Shown: positions 8,449-17,217 of the stretch, piece by piece
Layout of the letters: each line of letters begins with the position of its first letter
Numbering within the stretch: position 1 is the first letter of the stretch
IMG/VR virus record: IMGVR_UViG_3300023223_001032
Coordinates: 1-28,117 of that record
DNA: 28,117 nucleotides
Reading direction: 5' to 3' (one strand)
Source of the DNA: a virus
Lineage: Duplodnaviria > Caudoviricetes
Position numbers and translations under genes: made by a program
The notes under the pieces: generated by a model
Database searches by the model: none
What the model saw: the letters and a program-made list of their open reading frames with translations, nothing else
What the model was told of the DNA's origin: nothing

Positions 8449-8634
8449 ATGAACTTAAACTGCAACTGCGACTGCAACTGCGACGACTGGAAAGACAATA
8501 TCCAGAAATTAAATCGACATATTCTTCGACAGCAGATCAGAAGGCCGGATTTTATACCGGATGTAAAAACTTTTGAATTCTGCCCTTGGTGTGGCGTGAA
8601 GTTAATGGAGGCGAAAACAGATGAGAGAGATTAA
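8449..8634 (+). CDS. Small zinc-ribbon-like protein
   Basis: N-terminal CxC repeats (12-bp tandem duplication 8461-8484) and FCPWCG. Confidence 0.65.
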   Translation: MNLNCNCDCNCDDWKDNIQKLNRHILRQQIRRPDFIPDVKTFEFCPWCGVKLMEAKTDERD

Positions 8635-9061
8635 GTTTAGAGGGAAACGCCTTGATAATGGCGAGTGGATTTGTGGCAGCTTAGTTAAAAACTATGATGG
8701 ATATAATATAACAGAAGATGAAGGCCATGACTTTTCGGATATCGATGTTGGGCGTGGATTTCATGCAGTCGACCCAAAAACAGTCGGACACTACACAGTC
8801 ATAAAAGATAAAAACGGCAAAGATGTCTATGAGGGGGATATCACACAGTGGGAATTATATGAATATAATTGTGATGAGGATACTTTTCAAATTAATCCTG
8901 GAAGAATAAAAAAAAGCGGAAAAGGCAGCATTGTTTGGAGGTCTGGAGTTTTCTCTTTTGGTATCCTTGGATGTGAGGAAACAATCGGAAACTTTGTTGG
9001 ACTTTTTGGTCGCTTAGAAATAATCGGAAACATCCACGACAACCATGAGTTTTTGAAATGA
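8621..9061 (+). CDS. YopX family protein
   Basis: MREIKFRGKR...W..G.L...TVGHYT..KDKNGK.VYEGDI...EIIGNIHDN signature. Confidence 0.92.
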   Translation: MREIKFRGKRLDNGEWICGSLVKNYDGYNITEDEGHDFSDIDVGRGFHAVDPKTVGHYTVIKDKNGKDVYEGDITQWELYEYNCDEDTFQINPGRIKKSGKGSIVWRSGVFSFGILGCEETIGNFVGLFGRLEIIGNIHDNHEFLK

Positions 9062-9282
9062 CCGATATATTAGAGCTACCAAAAATCGGAACAATTTGCC
9101 TTATTGGCGAAAAATATCAAACAGAAGCAATTTTAATTGGAATTAATATTCGAGAAAACAAATCGATTAATTATAAAGTATCCTATTGGATTGATTCAGA
9201 TTACAAAAAAGAATGGATTCAAAGAGCGAATTTTAAATTAAAAAAACAAAATTCTGAAACGTTTTCAATTGGGTTTTCATAA
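9058..9282 (+). CDS. Hypothetical protein
   Basis: ATGA coupling; 74 aa. Confidence 0.65.
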   Translation: MTDILELPKIGTICLIGEKYQTEAILIGINIRENKSINYKVSYWIDSDYKKEWIQRANFKLKKQNSETFSIGFS

Positions 9283-9299
9283 TCTGATACAATGTAGAT

Positions 9300-9539
9300 A
9301 TGGACCCTAATATCAGAATAGGCCGTCTTGAATGGAAAGAAACTGACTTTGGATATGAGGTAAAGACACCTTTGCGAGAATACCAAATTAAGCGGGTCGG
9401 TCTAAAATATGCGGTATATGAGTATTGCGCAACTTGTGATAGCCAGTCGATTTATTGTCAAGGAAATCTAAGCTTTAACGATTGCAAGAAAATTGCTCAG
9501 GAATCGTATGATAAGCTTTTGGAGAGTGTTTGTGGCTAA
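9300..9539 (+). CDS. Hypothetical protein
   Basis: 79 aa filling the gap before terS; TGnTACAAT directly upstream. Confidence 0.65.
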   Translation: MDPNIRIGRLEWKETDFGYEVKTPLREYQIKRVGLKYAVYEYCATCDSQSIYCQGNLSFNDCKKIAQESYDKLLESVCG

Positions 9540-10116
9540 TAAGGGCGGCCAACCCGGTAATAAAAATGCTGAGAAGTACAATGAGGAATTTGCTTTAAAG
9601 CTTGGGAATGACTTGATCGAATGGTTGAAAGTATTACCATCCAACATATTGTTTGAAGAGTTTTTTTATTTTAAATTCGACGGAAATTTACACCCAAATA
9701 ACATATCAAAACTGTCACAAAAATTTGATTCGTTTAGTCACTTAATAAAAAGGGCGAAGAAAATGCAAGAGATAAAACTTCAAAAATATGCTGGATCCGC
9801 AATCTTAAATTCATCAATGGCAATATTTTGTTTGAAAAACCACCACAACTTCAGGGATAAGTTTGAACATATCGAAAAAAAAGAAGTTGATTTATTTCAA
9901 GACGGCGAACCAATAAAATCCCTACCCCCTGAGAAACTAATTGAATTAGAGCAGACACTTGAGACCCAATTGGGTATAATGAAAGGATATTCAGTGAGTA
10001 TAAAGAAATCAGATGAAAAAAAAGCACACTTAAAAAATGCAGTATCCAACAGAAAGTCAAATAAGAAGCGATCTAAAAAAGGTAAGACTACTACTCGCAA
10101 GAAAAAAGCTTCTTAA
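9532..10116 (+). CDS. terS: Terminase small subunit
   Basis: GTG start at 9532 with GGAG RBS; GGQPGNKNA and AIFCLKN...RDK motifs; immediately upstream of terL. Confidence 0.85.
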   Translation: MANKGGQPGNKNAEKYNEEFALKLGNDLIEWLKVLPSNILFEEFFYFKFDGNLHPNNISKLSQKFDSFSHLIKRAKKMQEIKLQKYAGSAILNSSMAIFCLKNHHNFRDKFEHIEKKEVDLFQDGEPIKSLPPEKLIELEQTLETQLGIMKGYSVSIKKSDEKKAHLKNAVSNRKSNKKRSKKGKTTTRKKKAS

Positions 10117-11476
10117 ATTCACCAAATATACTTGGCCTGAGTATAGTGAGAATTGGCACCACATAACGATGTGTGACGTTTTGGATAAGTTTATTTGTGG
10201 TGAAATAAATCGTTTGATCATTGAAGTGCCACCACAGCACGGCAAGAGTGAGCTTGTCTCAAAACGACTTGTCGCCATGTCGTTAGGATTAAACCCTGAT
10301 TTAAAAGTGGTAAATGCAGGATATTCACATACACATATCGCAAGATTCAATTTGGAAACTCAACGGATAATCGATAGCGATGAATATGGCGAAGTGTTTC
10401 CGGAAACAACATTAAAGGGGACAAATCAAAGGTATAGAGGGAATTTCAAAAGAGACATGGACATATTTGAGATATGTGGACATAAGGGTTATTACAAAAC
10501 AGTGGGCATTGGCGGTGCATTAACTGGGTCTAGTATGGACTTGGGCATCATTGATGACCCATTTAAAGATTATGAGGAAGCTCGTTCAGAGCTGATGCGT
10601 GAGCGTTGCTGGAACTGGTACTCAAGCGTATTTAGGACAAGGATGCATAACGATACAAAAATCTGCATGATCATGACTCGATGGCATGAAGATGATTTGT
10701 TAGGGCGAGTGCAGGCTAGGGCCGAAAGTGTTACGGACGAAAAATGGCATATCGTCACATTGCGCGGCATAAAAGAAGATGACTCATTTGAATTTGATAA
10801 ACGTAAAGTTGGTGAACCACTTTGGCCTGAAAAGTTCTCTTTGGACTTTCTAAAAAGCCAAAAACAAAACGATGAAAAGTCTTTCCAATCTCTATATCAA
10901 CAACGCCCAAGCTCTGATACAGGAGCAATATTTAAGCGAGATGATTTAAGCGAGAAATATTTAATACCACCAGATAGCTCAATGTTCGATAACTCTTGTT
11001 TTAGTTGGGATATGGCATTTAAAGACCATTCCACTAGTGATTATGTTGTTGGTCAGGCCTGGGCCAAGAAAGGCGCGACATTTTTCCTTTTAGATGAAGT
11101 AAGAGACATAATGGACTTTACAGCTACGCTTGAGGCATTTGAGGCTTTATGTCGTAAATATCCATGGATAGGCGCGAAACTCGTTGAAGACAAGGCCAAT
11201 GGGCCGGCTGTAATATCAGCACTGCAAAATAAGATATCTGGAATAATACCTATCAATCCCGAAGGCGGAAAAGTTGCCCGTGCAAATGCTGTATCACATC
11301 TATTCAGAGCCAAAAACGTTAAAATACCACGGCATGAACGTGCGCCATGGGTAGATGCCTATGTTGAAGAGATGGTTTCATTTCCTGATGGCAAATATGA
11401 TGATCAAGTCGATGCAACAACTCAGGCATTAAGATATTTAAGCGAATCGGATACATTTTATGAGGTAGTATGGTAA
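10037..11476 (+). CDS. terL: Terminase large subunit
   Basis: Walker A PPQHGKS, Walker B IIDDP, MTRWHEDDL, nuclease motifs SWD.AFK, VEDKANG, DDQVDA. Confidence 0.97.
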   Translation: MQYPTESQIRSDLKKVRLLLARKKLLKFTKYTWPEYSENWHHITMCDVLDKFICGEINRLIIEVPPQHGKSELVSKRLVAMSLGLNPDLKVVNAGYSHTHIARFNLETQRIIDSDEYGEVFPETTLKGTNQRYRGNFKRDMDIFEICGHKGYYKTVGIGGALTGSSMDLGIIDDPFKDYEEARSELMRERCWNWYSSVFRTRMHNDTKICMIMTRWHEDDLLGRVQARAESVTDEKWHIVTLRGIKEDDSFEFDKRKVGEPLWPEKFSLDFLKSQKQNDEKSFQSLYQQRPSSDTGAIFKRDDLSEKYLIPPDSSMFDNSCFSWDMAFKDHSTSDYVVGQAWAKKGATFFLLDEVRDIMDFTATLEAFEALCRKYPWIGAKLVEDKANGPAVISALQNKISGIIPINPEGGKVARANAVSHLFRAKNVKIPRHERAPWVDAYVEEMVSFPDGKYDDQVDATTQALRYLSESDTFYEVVW

Positions 11477-11485
11477 AATAATCTC

Positions 11486-12952
11486 ATGGCAAAATCCCAT
11501 TCCGGCATAAACAGCTTTGAAAATTTAGATGGATGGTTAAATACGATGACTCGCGTTGGCGACATAAACAGCGATAAAAGTGTCAACGCAAGACCAGTCT
11601 TCAAGCGGTCAGTTCAAAAAAACTTGGAAATTCTATACTCAGCCGATGACATGGCAAGAAAAATCGTTGATCGAATCCCAAGTGATGGTATGAGAATGGG
11701 GATTGAATTACAAAATCTGGATAAAGAAATTGAAAATAAAACAGAAGAACTCTTAAAAAGCTTGCAAGTCAACGAAAAATTTCTTAATGCTTGGCAATTT
11801 TCAAGACTATATGGCGGAGCTGGTTTATTTGTGAATTTTGGAGAGAGAGTAGATGGTGATTCCAAACAAATACTAGCAACCGAATTAAACAAAAATACAA
11901 TAACCGAAGTGAGATCATTAACGCTTTTCAATCGATTTGAACTTGAAACTAATGATACAGCAGTAGTTGATATCACGAGTCCGCAATTTGGTTTGCCAAA
12001 AATGTATCGATTACAACCGCAATCAACTGGATCTAATACATTTACAATAGATCAGTCACGCATAATTCGGTTTGAAGGCTTAGAATTGCCAACAGAGCTA
12101 TTTAGAGAAAATGATTTCTGGCATGATAGCGTTCTTAACAAGACATTCAATCCAATATCAAAATACAATCAAGTTAATGATTCGGTTGCAATTATTCTTC
12201 TTGATCTGAGGGTTGCAATCGTAAAAATGGATAACTTAAATCAAAAAATAGCGGGCGGAGAAGAAGGACGAAAAACAATTACTGATAAATTGCAATTAAT
12301 CAAGTTACAAAAATCTGTTATGAGTCTCATAGGGATTGATAAAGATGATGAGTTTGACTATAAAACTCATAACGTAGGCGGAATAGATAAGCTTGTAGAC
12401 AAAGCCATTCAAAGACTCGTTGCCTCCTCCGATATGCCCCATACAATACTCTTAGGTGAAAGCCCTAGCGGACTTTCGGCAACAGGTCAGAGTGAATTCC
12501 GCGACTATTACGATTTTGTTTTTCAAGAACAAGAACGTGTGCTTAGACCGGCTTATAATCAACTTTTTGAATACATTTTCTTATCAAAGCAAGGACCAAC
12601 AAAAGGTAAAATACCTGAAGGGTTTTCTTTCAAATTTGTACCGCTTTGGCAAATGAATGATGTTGATCGATCAAAAATGGAACTGGATGTTGCTAAAAAA
12701 GACCAAATCTATATTGACATGAACGTTTTAACTGAAGCCGAAGTCGCATTATCAAGATATGGTGGCGATGAGTTTAGCCAGGAAACAATGCTCTCACCAG
12801 AAAAATTGGAACAATTTAAAAATGAACAAGACAACTTTCGGGAGTCAGACAATAACATAATTCTCCAAAGCAATTCCCAAGAAGATGAAAAGCCTTCCAA
12901 GGGGCTTCTTTCAAAATTAAAGGATACTTTTAGGAAAGATAAAGAAAAATAG
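11486..12952 (+). CDS. Portal protein (DUF1073-like)
   Basis: Directly after terL; ARKIVD..P.D..R, RLYGG, SRIIRF.G, P.T.LLG.SP.GLSATG..E...YYD, F.PLW motifs. Confidence 0.9.
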   Translation: MAKSHSGINSFENLDGWLNTMTRVGDINSDKSVNARPVFKRSVQKNLEILYSADDMARKIVDRIPSDGMRMGIELQNLDKEIENKTEELLKSLQVNEKFLNAWQFSRLYGGAGLFVNFGERVDGDSKQILATELNKNTITEVRSLTLFNRFELETNDTAVVDITSPQFGLPKMYRLQPQSTGSNTFTIDQSRIIRFEGLELPTELFRENDFWHDSVLNKTFNPISKYNQVNDSVAIILLDLRVAIVKMDNLNQKIAGGEEGRKTITDKLQLIKLQKSVMSLIGIDKDDEFDYKTHNVGGIDKLVDKAIQRLVASSDMPHTILLGESPSGLSATGQSEFRDYYDFVFQEQERVLRPAYNQLFEYIFLSKQGPTKGKIPEGFSFKFVPLWQMNDVDRSKMELDVAKKDQIYIDMNVLTEAEVALSRYGGDEFSQETMLSPEKLEQFKNEQDNFRESDNNIILQSNSQEDEKPSKGLLSKLKDTFRKDKEK

Positions 12953-12961
12953 AGGAATAAT

Positions 12962-13873
12962 ATGAGTTCGCAAATTGAATTTGCAATTGAAGATAGAAAA
13001 CTAAGATCAAGACGAAAGACGATAAAAGTAAAAAAAGGCGCTATTCAAAGGTTTCCTTTTAAGATTATGCGTGAATATAATCGTGAGCTTCAAAAAATGG
13101 TTTCAGAGCTCATAGCTCAGACGAGAACGAATATTTATCCAGCAATACCGTTCATACTTAGCGAAGCTGAGGCCGGTAGGCCGGTTCAAGATTTTAAAGA
13201 TTTCGCTAGCTTTTGGACGGCTCTAATGGATGACTATGCAGACCAGATATTAAGTTCTATAGATGCCGCAAAACTTGGATTTGAACAACAATACCCTGAC
13301 ATTGTTTTGCAGAATATTGCAACGGATGTTGCTTTTGCAACTTCGCAATTTAACAAAGAACAACTACAAAAGGTTTTCAAGCAGAAGGTTGGCGTCGATT
13401 CATTTTTTAATGATCGATTCGTACAACAAGAGCTACAGGCGTTTGTGAAATCAAATGTATCACTCATTAAAACGATTCCTGAGCGCTATTTCAATGATGT
13501 TGAAGGCGTTATATTTAGAGGAGCACAACAGGGGCTTAGGGTTGAAGTGATAGAGGGTCAATTGATAGGAAAATTCCCTTTTGTAGAAAATGACGGAAAA
13601 ACAACGCCAGCAAGAAAGGCTAGAAACAATGCAAAACGAATTGCTAGAGATCAAGTGGGCAAGCTTAATGGGCAGCTCACACAGCTAAGGCACCAAGACA
13701 TTGGTGTAAGAGAGTATACATGGACAACAGTTGGAGATGAGAGAGTTCGACCAGTACATGCCGATAGAGATGGAGATGTGTTTAAATGGTCAAATCCACC
13801 ACCTGAGGGACATCCGGGTTTTCCGATTCTGTGCAGATGTTTTGCAGATCCGAAACTAGAGGAGTTTTTGTGA
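12962..13873 (+). CDS. Head morphogenesis protein (Mu gpF / SPP1 gp7 family)
   Basis: RIARDQ..KLN...Y.W.TVGDERVRP.H...G..F.W...HPG..I.CRC. Confidence 0.93.
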   Translation: MSSQIEFAIEDRKLRSRRKTIKVKKGAIQRFPFKIMREYNRELQKMVSELIAQTRTNIYPAIPFILSEAEAGRPVQDFKDFASFWTALMDDYADQILSSIDAAKLGFEQQYPDIVLQNIATDVAFATSQFNKEQLQKVFKQKVGVDSFFNDRFVQQELQAFVKSNVSLIKTIPERYFNDVEGVIFRGAQQGLRVEVIEGQLIGKFPFVENDGKTTPARKARNNAKRIARDQVGKLNGQLTQLRHQDIGVREYTWTTVGDERVRPVHADRDGDVFKWSNPPPEGHPGFPILCRCFADPKLEEFL

Positions 13874-14016
13874 AAATTATAGATGGCTTAAAAGAAAATG
13901 AAAAAAAAATTGACGAAAAGTTATTATGTGATATTGGTGGTGGCGTGATGGCATATTGGCCATTGGAACAAGAAAATAAAAAGGAACAAGAAAATGAAAA
14001 TTATCGATTCAAATGA
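13870..14016 (+). CDS. Small hypothetical protein
   Basis: GTG start overlapping the MuF stop (GTGA) with GAGGAG RBS; begins MKIID like the next gene. Confidence 0.5.
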   Translation: MKIIDGLKENEKKIDEKLLCDIGGGVMAYWPLEQENKKEQENENYRFK

Positions 14017-14194
14017 CAATACATTCATATGCAAGATAGGTAGTCCCCTCCATGGCATTAAGCTAAAGAAAGTTTACCTATGGGATGATGAACTTGAGAT
14101 TGAGAACTGGTGCAAATACAAAGCGTTTCTTGAATCAAAGTTCATTGACAGGCCATTTATTAAGGTAAATCAGAAAATAAATACTATACGATAG
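13994..14194 (+). CDS. Small hypothetical protein
   Basis: AAGGA RBS; 66 aa. Confidence 0.6.
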   Translation: MKIIDSNDNTFICKIGSPLHGIKLKKVYLWDDELEIENWCKYKAFLESKFIDRPFIKVNQKINTIR

Positions 14195-14228
14195 TATACC
14201 ATATTAAGAAATTTAGGTATAAATATAC

Positions 14229-14257
14229 TTGACTTTAGTATAGTATTTTGTTATTGT
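14229..14257 (+). promoter_or_regulatory. Sigma70-type promoter with overlapping inverted repeat
   Basis: TTGACT-17 nt-TATTGT with extended TG; AAATACTATAC (14179-14189) / GTATAGTATTT (14238-14248). Confidence 0.6.
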
Positions 14258-14292
14258 TGTGCCATGGAGGTTAAAATCTAATGGAGGCGAAA

Positions 14293-14625
14293 ATGATAAA
14301 TCTTATTTTAAATCCGATATGGCAACCAGAAAAAACAAAATGGTATATAAAATTTTTATTATTCTTTTGCAAAGCAACATATGGAACAGATAACGATCAG
14401 AATTATTGGACTAAAATTGGAATTAAACAATTGCTTGGCAAAATGTATGTTGTAAGTCACGAACAGATTGAAAAGCCACAGCTACCAAAAAGTGAGATCA
14501 GTATGCAAGATCTACAAATGCCATGCTATATTCCGCATCTTTTTGAGGACGAAAAAACTGTACTGCCAAAGATTGAAAATATACCGCCAATGCCCAAAGT
14601 AAAACTTAAAAACCTAGCTAAATAA
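14293..14625 (+). CDS. Hypothetical protein
   Basis: GGAGG RBS precedes ATG 14293; the alternative start 14281 also has a GGAGG. Confidence 0.65.
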   Translation: MINLILNPIWQPEKTKWYIKFLLFFCKATYGTDNDQNYWTKIGIKQLLGKMYVVSHEQIEKPQLPKSEISMQDLQMPCYIPHLFEDEKTVLPKIENIPPMPKVKLKNLAK

Positions 14626-14636
14626 CGGAGGATGAG

Positions 14637-14822
14637 ATGAAAGACAAATTTAAAATTTTAAATAAAAAACAATTAACATATGCTGTGTCGATGGTTAGAA
14701 TTTCAAAAGAGGAGTATTCTATCATCAAAAAATTATCTTCTGAAAATAACGTTACAATTACTGGTGTTGTACGCCAGATGATTACTTTTTCGATTAAATC
14801 AATGGATAAAGGCAATGAGTGA
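14637..14822 (+). CDS. Ribbon-helix-helix (CopG/Arc-like) DNA-binding protein
   Basis: SMVRISKEEYSIIKKLSSENNVTITGVVRQMI beta-alpha-alpha pattern; GGAGG RBS. Confidence 0.65.
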   Translation: MKDKFKILNKKQLTYAVSMVRISKEEYSIIKKLSSENNVTITGVVRQMITFSIKSMDKGNE

Positions 14823-14824
14823 TA

Positions 14825-14962
14825 ATGCCTAGTAGGTGTAGTATTTGTTGCAGCAAAACATATCCAGACCCTTCATATGACTATGAAATGATGTGTAAAT
14901 GTAATAGTGGAATGTGCGTTGCTTGTTGCACAGATTGTGGTGATTTCGAAACGGAGGATTAG
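14825..14962 (+). CDS. Cys-rich peptide (45 aa, 9 Cys), not in ORF track
   Basis: MPSRCSICCSKTYPDPSYDYEMMCKCNSGMCVACCTDCGDFETED; starts 2 nt after the RHH stop and its stop abuts the next ATG. Confidence 0.6.
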   Translation: MPSRCSICCSKTYPDPSYDYEMMCKCNSGMCVACCTDCGDFETED

Positions 14963-15322
14963 ATGAAAGAAATACTCGAAAATAATTTAGAAGATTTCCA
15001 AGTAATTTTAGAAAATTTGCAATACAATAGCAGGTGCGCTTTTGATTTTTCGCCACAAGGAGAATCTCGGTTTGGCGTGTGTCTGACTCTCATTAATCAC
15101 GGTCAGAAAATAACAAGTTCATTCAATGGGTTGCATCCTTGTTTAGAAAGTTTTTTATTTGTTGCCTTAAGTAGACATGGCGGTTTTGGGTTTGATATTT
15201 TTAACAGAACGAATCCATTTGATATTCTTTATATTCAAGAAAAGTTAGAACTTCCCGAATCGGATGCAGAAGGATTTAAGACCATGTTAGATTATTTATC
15301 AAAAGAACTAAGTTGCGCTTAA
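14963..15322 (+). CDS. Hypothetical protein
   Basis: GGAGG RBS; 119 aa. Confidence 0.7.
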   Translation: MKEILENNLEDFQVILENLQYNSRCAFDFSPQGESRFGVCLTLINHGQKITSSFNGLHPCLESFLFVALSRHGGFGFDIFNRTNPFDILYIQEKLELPESDAEGFKTMLDYLSKELSCA

Positions 15323-15367
15323 CAGATTGGTTGTTATGCGACACTGAGCACGAAAAGGAGGTCGATT

Positions 15368-15853
15368 TTGAAAAGAATTAATTTAAATTATTGCAATTCA
15401 TGTGCTAAAAACAAAGGTGGAAAATTTGATAATTGCGAAAAAGATTCAGATTTTCATTGCAATTGTTGTGATAAATGCAGGGCTAGTTGTACAAGTGGGT
15501 ACGAGTCGGGAGATCGTATATTTAGATACCATGTTGAATTAATTGATAAAAATATAGTAGAAGCGATCCAAAAAAAATCACTATACACACAACCATTTAA
15601 AGATATGAGATGTCATAATTATTTTGAAAAGGTTTTTTATTGCAAAAATAAATCTCAAGAATTATCAATCATGGAGAACCTGAAAACAAGTAACAATAAA
15701 TTTACAGTGAGCCATTGCACCAGTTCACGATATAACGAGCGTGAATTTTTAGAAATTACTGGAATACTTAGAATTATCGCAGTAATTAAAAAAAGACCCA
15801 TGTCAATGGAAACATCGAGAAGTCTTGATTCATATTATAAAGGTTGGAATTGA
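15368..15853 (+). CDS. Hypothetical protein with Cys-rich N-terminus
   Basis: TTG start with AAGGAGG RBS; CxxC...CxCCxxC...C. Confidence 0.65.
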   Translation: MKRINLNYCNSCAKNKGGKFDNCEKDSDFHCNCCDKCRASCTSGYESGDRIFRYHVELIDKNIVEAIQKKSLYTQPFKDMRCHNYFEKVFYCKNKSQELSIMENLKTSNNKFTVSHCTSSRYNEREFLEITGILRIIAVIKKRPMSMETSRSLDSYYKGWN

Positions 15854-15885
15854 GGAGCAGGCGTTGAGCACGAAAAGGAGTAGAA

Positions 15886-16455
15886 ATGAACAAAGAAAAA
15901 CGGGAAGAAATATTAGACAAGCATAAGTTATGGCTTAAAACTGCTGGTAAACAGGGTGAAATAGCAAACCTCAGAGAGACAGACCTCAGAAGGGCAGACC
16001 TCAGATGGGCAAACCTCAGAGGGGCAGACCTCAGAGGGGCAGACCTCAGAGGGGCAGACCTCAGAGGGGCAAACCTCAGATGGGCAGACCTCAGAGGGGC
16101 AGACCTCAGAGGGGCACACCTCAGAAGGGCAGACCTCAGATGGGCAAACCTCAGAGGGGCAAAATTAGACTTAGAAATTGAATCTGGGTTATTGGAAAAA
16201 ATAGCTTCCGAGGCATTAAAAGAAAATGCTTTAGATATGGATGATTGGCATACATGTAAGACAACACATTGTATTGCAGGTTGGGCCTGCCATCTCGCTA
16301 AAAATGGAATCGAACTTGAAAAAAAATACGGGGCGCAAATTGCAGGACTGAAACTTCTTGGTGTTGAAGCTCATAGTCACTTCTTTGACTCAAATGAGGA
16401 TGCTAGAAATTATATGAAAATGAACAACCCAGCAGCAAGCTACGAGGTATTATGA
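15886..16455 (+). CDS. Pentapeptide repeat protein with C-terminal HCIAGW domain
   Basis: 13 x A(D/N)LR(G/R/W)-type units; N-terminal IL.KHKLWL...G typical of phage pentapeptide proteins. Confidence 0.93.
   Translation: MNKEKREEILDKHKLWLKTAGKQGEIANLRETDLRRADLRWANLRGADLRGADLRGADLRGANLRWADLRGADLRGAHLRRADLRWANLRGAKLDLEIESGLLEKIASEALKENALDMDDWHTCKTTHCIAGWACHLAKNGIELEKKYGAQIAGLKLLGVEAHSHFFDSNEDARNYMKMNNPAASYEVL
15964..16158 (+). repeat. 15-bp coding tandem repeat, 13 units (consensus GCAGACCTCAGAGGG)
   Basis: Read directly from the sequence; near-identical units. Confidence 0.95.
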
Positions 16456-16784
16456 GCGAAGAATTTAAAGAGTGTAAAAATTGTGGGTGCCTTCATATTG
16501 AAAGTGATTCTGAACCACAAGATTGTAGATACGATTGTAGATACTGTATAGATGAAACACAAATTTTAATCTCAGCACGAAAAGGAGTGATTTGGATGAC
16601 CAAAAACAAACTTAATTCCCCATTAGAGGCACTTAATAGGATGAAGAACCTAGTCATAAAACAAACATCAGAACCAGATAAGCCTATCTTGGGTTATTTA
16701 GAGATCATGGGTGTCCCGCATCCAATTACAGACGAGAAAGATTGGGCGATTATAGAGGGTAAAAATGACCAAAAACAAACTTAA
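16452..16784 (+). CDS. Hypothetical protein; probably two modules with an internal start at 16596
   Basis: Cys-rich N-terminal part; in-frame ATG 16596 preceded by the AGCACGAAAAGGAG repeat. Confidence 0.6.
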   Translation: MSEEFKECKNCGCLHIESDSEPQDCRYDCRYCIDETQILISARKGVIWMTKNKLNSPLEALNRMKNLVIKQTSEPDKPILGYLEIMGVPHPITDEKDWAIIEGKNDQKQT

Positions 16785-16950
16785 AAACGCATCGATAGAA
16801 ACAATTCATGGAGCCATCAAGGATTCCGGATCAGTCCCAATGGCTGCAAAGAGACTGGGTGTCACAAAGAAGGCTCTATACGACCACCTGAAAAAAATCG
16901 GAAAGGAACTATTTACTGATTTGAGGGATAAAAGGAGCCTAAATGAATAA
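16765..16950 (+). CDS. Fis-like helix-turn-helix protein
   Basis: GSVPMAAKRLGVTKKALYDHLKK. Confidence 0.75.
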   Translation: MTKNKLKNASIETIHGAIKDSGSVPMAAKRLGVTKKALYDHLKKIGKELFTDLRDKRSLNE

Positions 16951-17179
16951 ATTCAAAAGAATATGTTTAAAAAAAGAGGAGAAAGACTTTCAGCATGGTT
17001 TTGAGGTGGTCAGGATATCGCTGGGAGGTGTTAATAGTGATTCACAACGTAAAATGTTAGATGCAGATGGATACTGCACTTACAGGGGCAGCGAAGAAGA
17101 TTGTATCCAATTGATTGAGTCGGCACTCTTGAATTTAAAAGGTAAATTTCTTAAGAAAAAAGGAACAAGCCTGAATTAA
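16943..17179 (+). CDS. Hypothetical protein
   Basis: AAGGAG RBS; 78 aa. Confidence 0.7.
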   Translation: MNKFKRICLKKEEKDFQHGFEVVRISLGGVNSDSQRKMLDADGYCTYRGSEEDCIQLIESALLNLKGKFLKKKGTSLN

Positions 17180-17217
17180 ACCTTATTTCGTGTAATTAAC
17201 TTAGAAAGGAGCGACTG

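Larger units (their letters stand above)
15347..16587 (+). repeat. Dispersed 14-bp start-associated repeat AGCACGAAAAGGAG, 3 copies
   Basis: Exact copies at 15347-15360, 15867-15880 and 16574-16587, each followed by a start codon. Confidence 0.9.

Noticed and set aside
11486-12952. Anti-CBASS Acb1 label sometimes attached to DUF1073 proteins
   Set aside because: Position after terL and size indicate a portal; no appended 2H phosphoesterase domain with paired HxT motifs was recognised
15312-15342. attC-like imperfect hairpin (GCTTAAC...GTTATGC) at a gene end
   Set aside because: Far shorter than integron attC sites, single occurrence, no integrase
15928-16119. Minus-strand (CPSEV)n ORF
   Set aside because: Antisense reading of the 15-bp pentapeptide repeat
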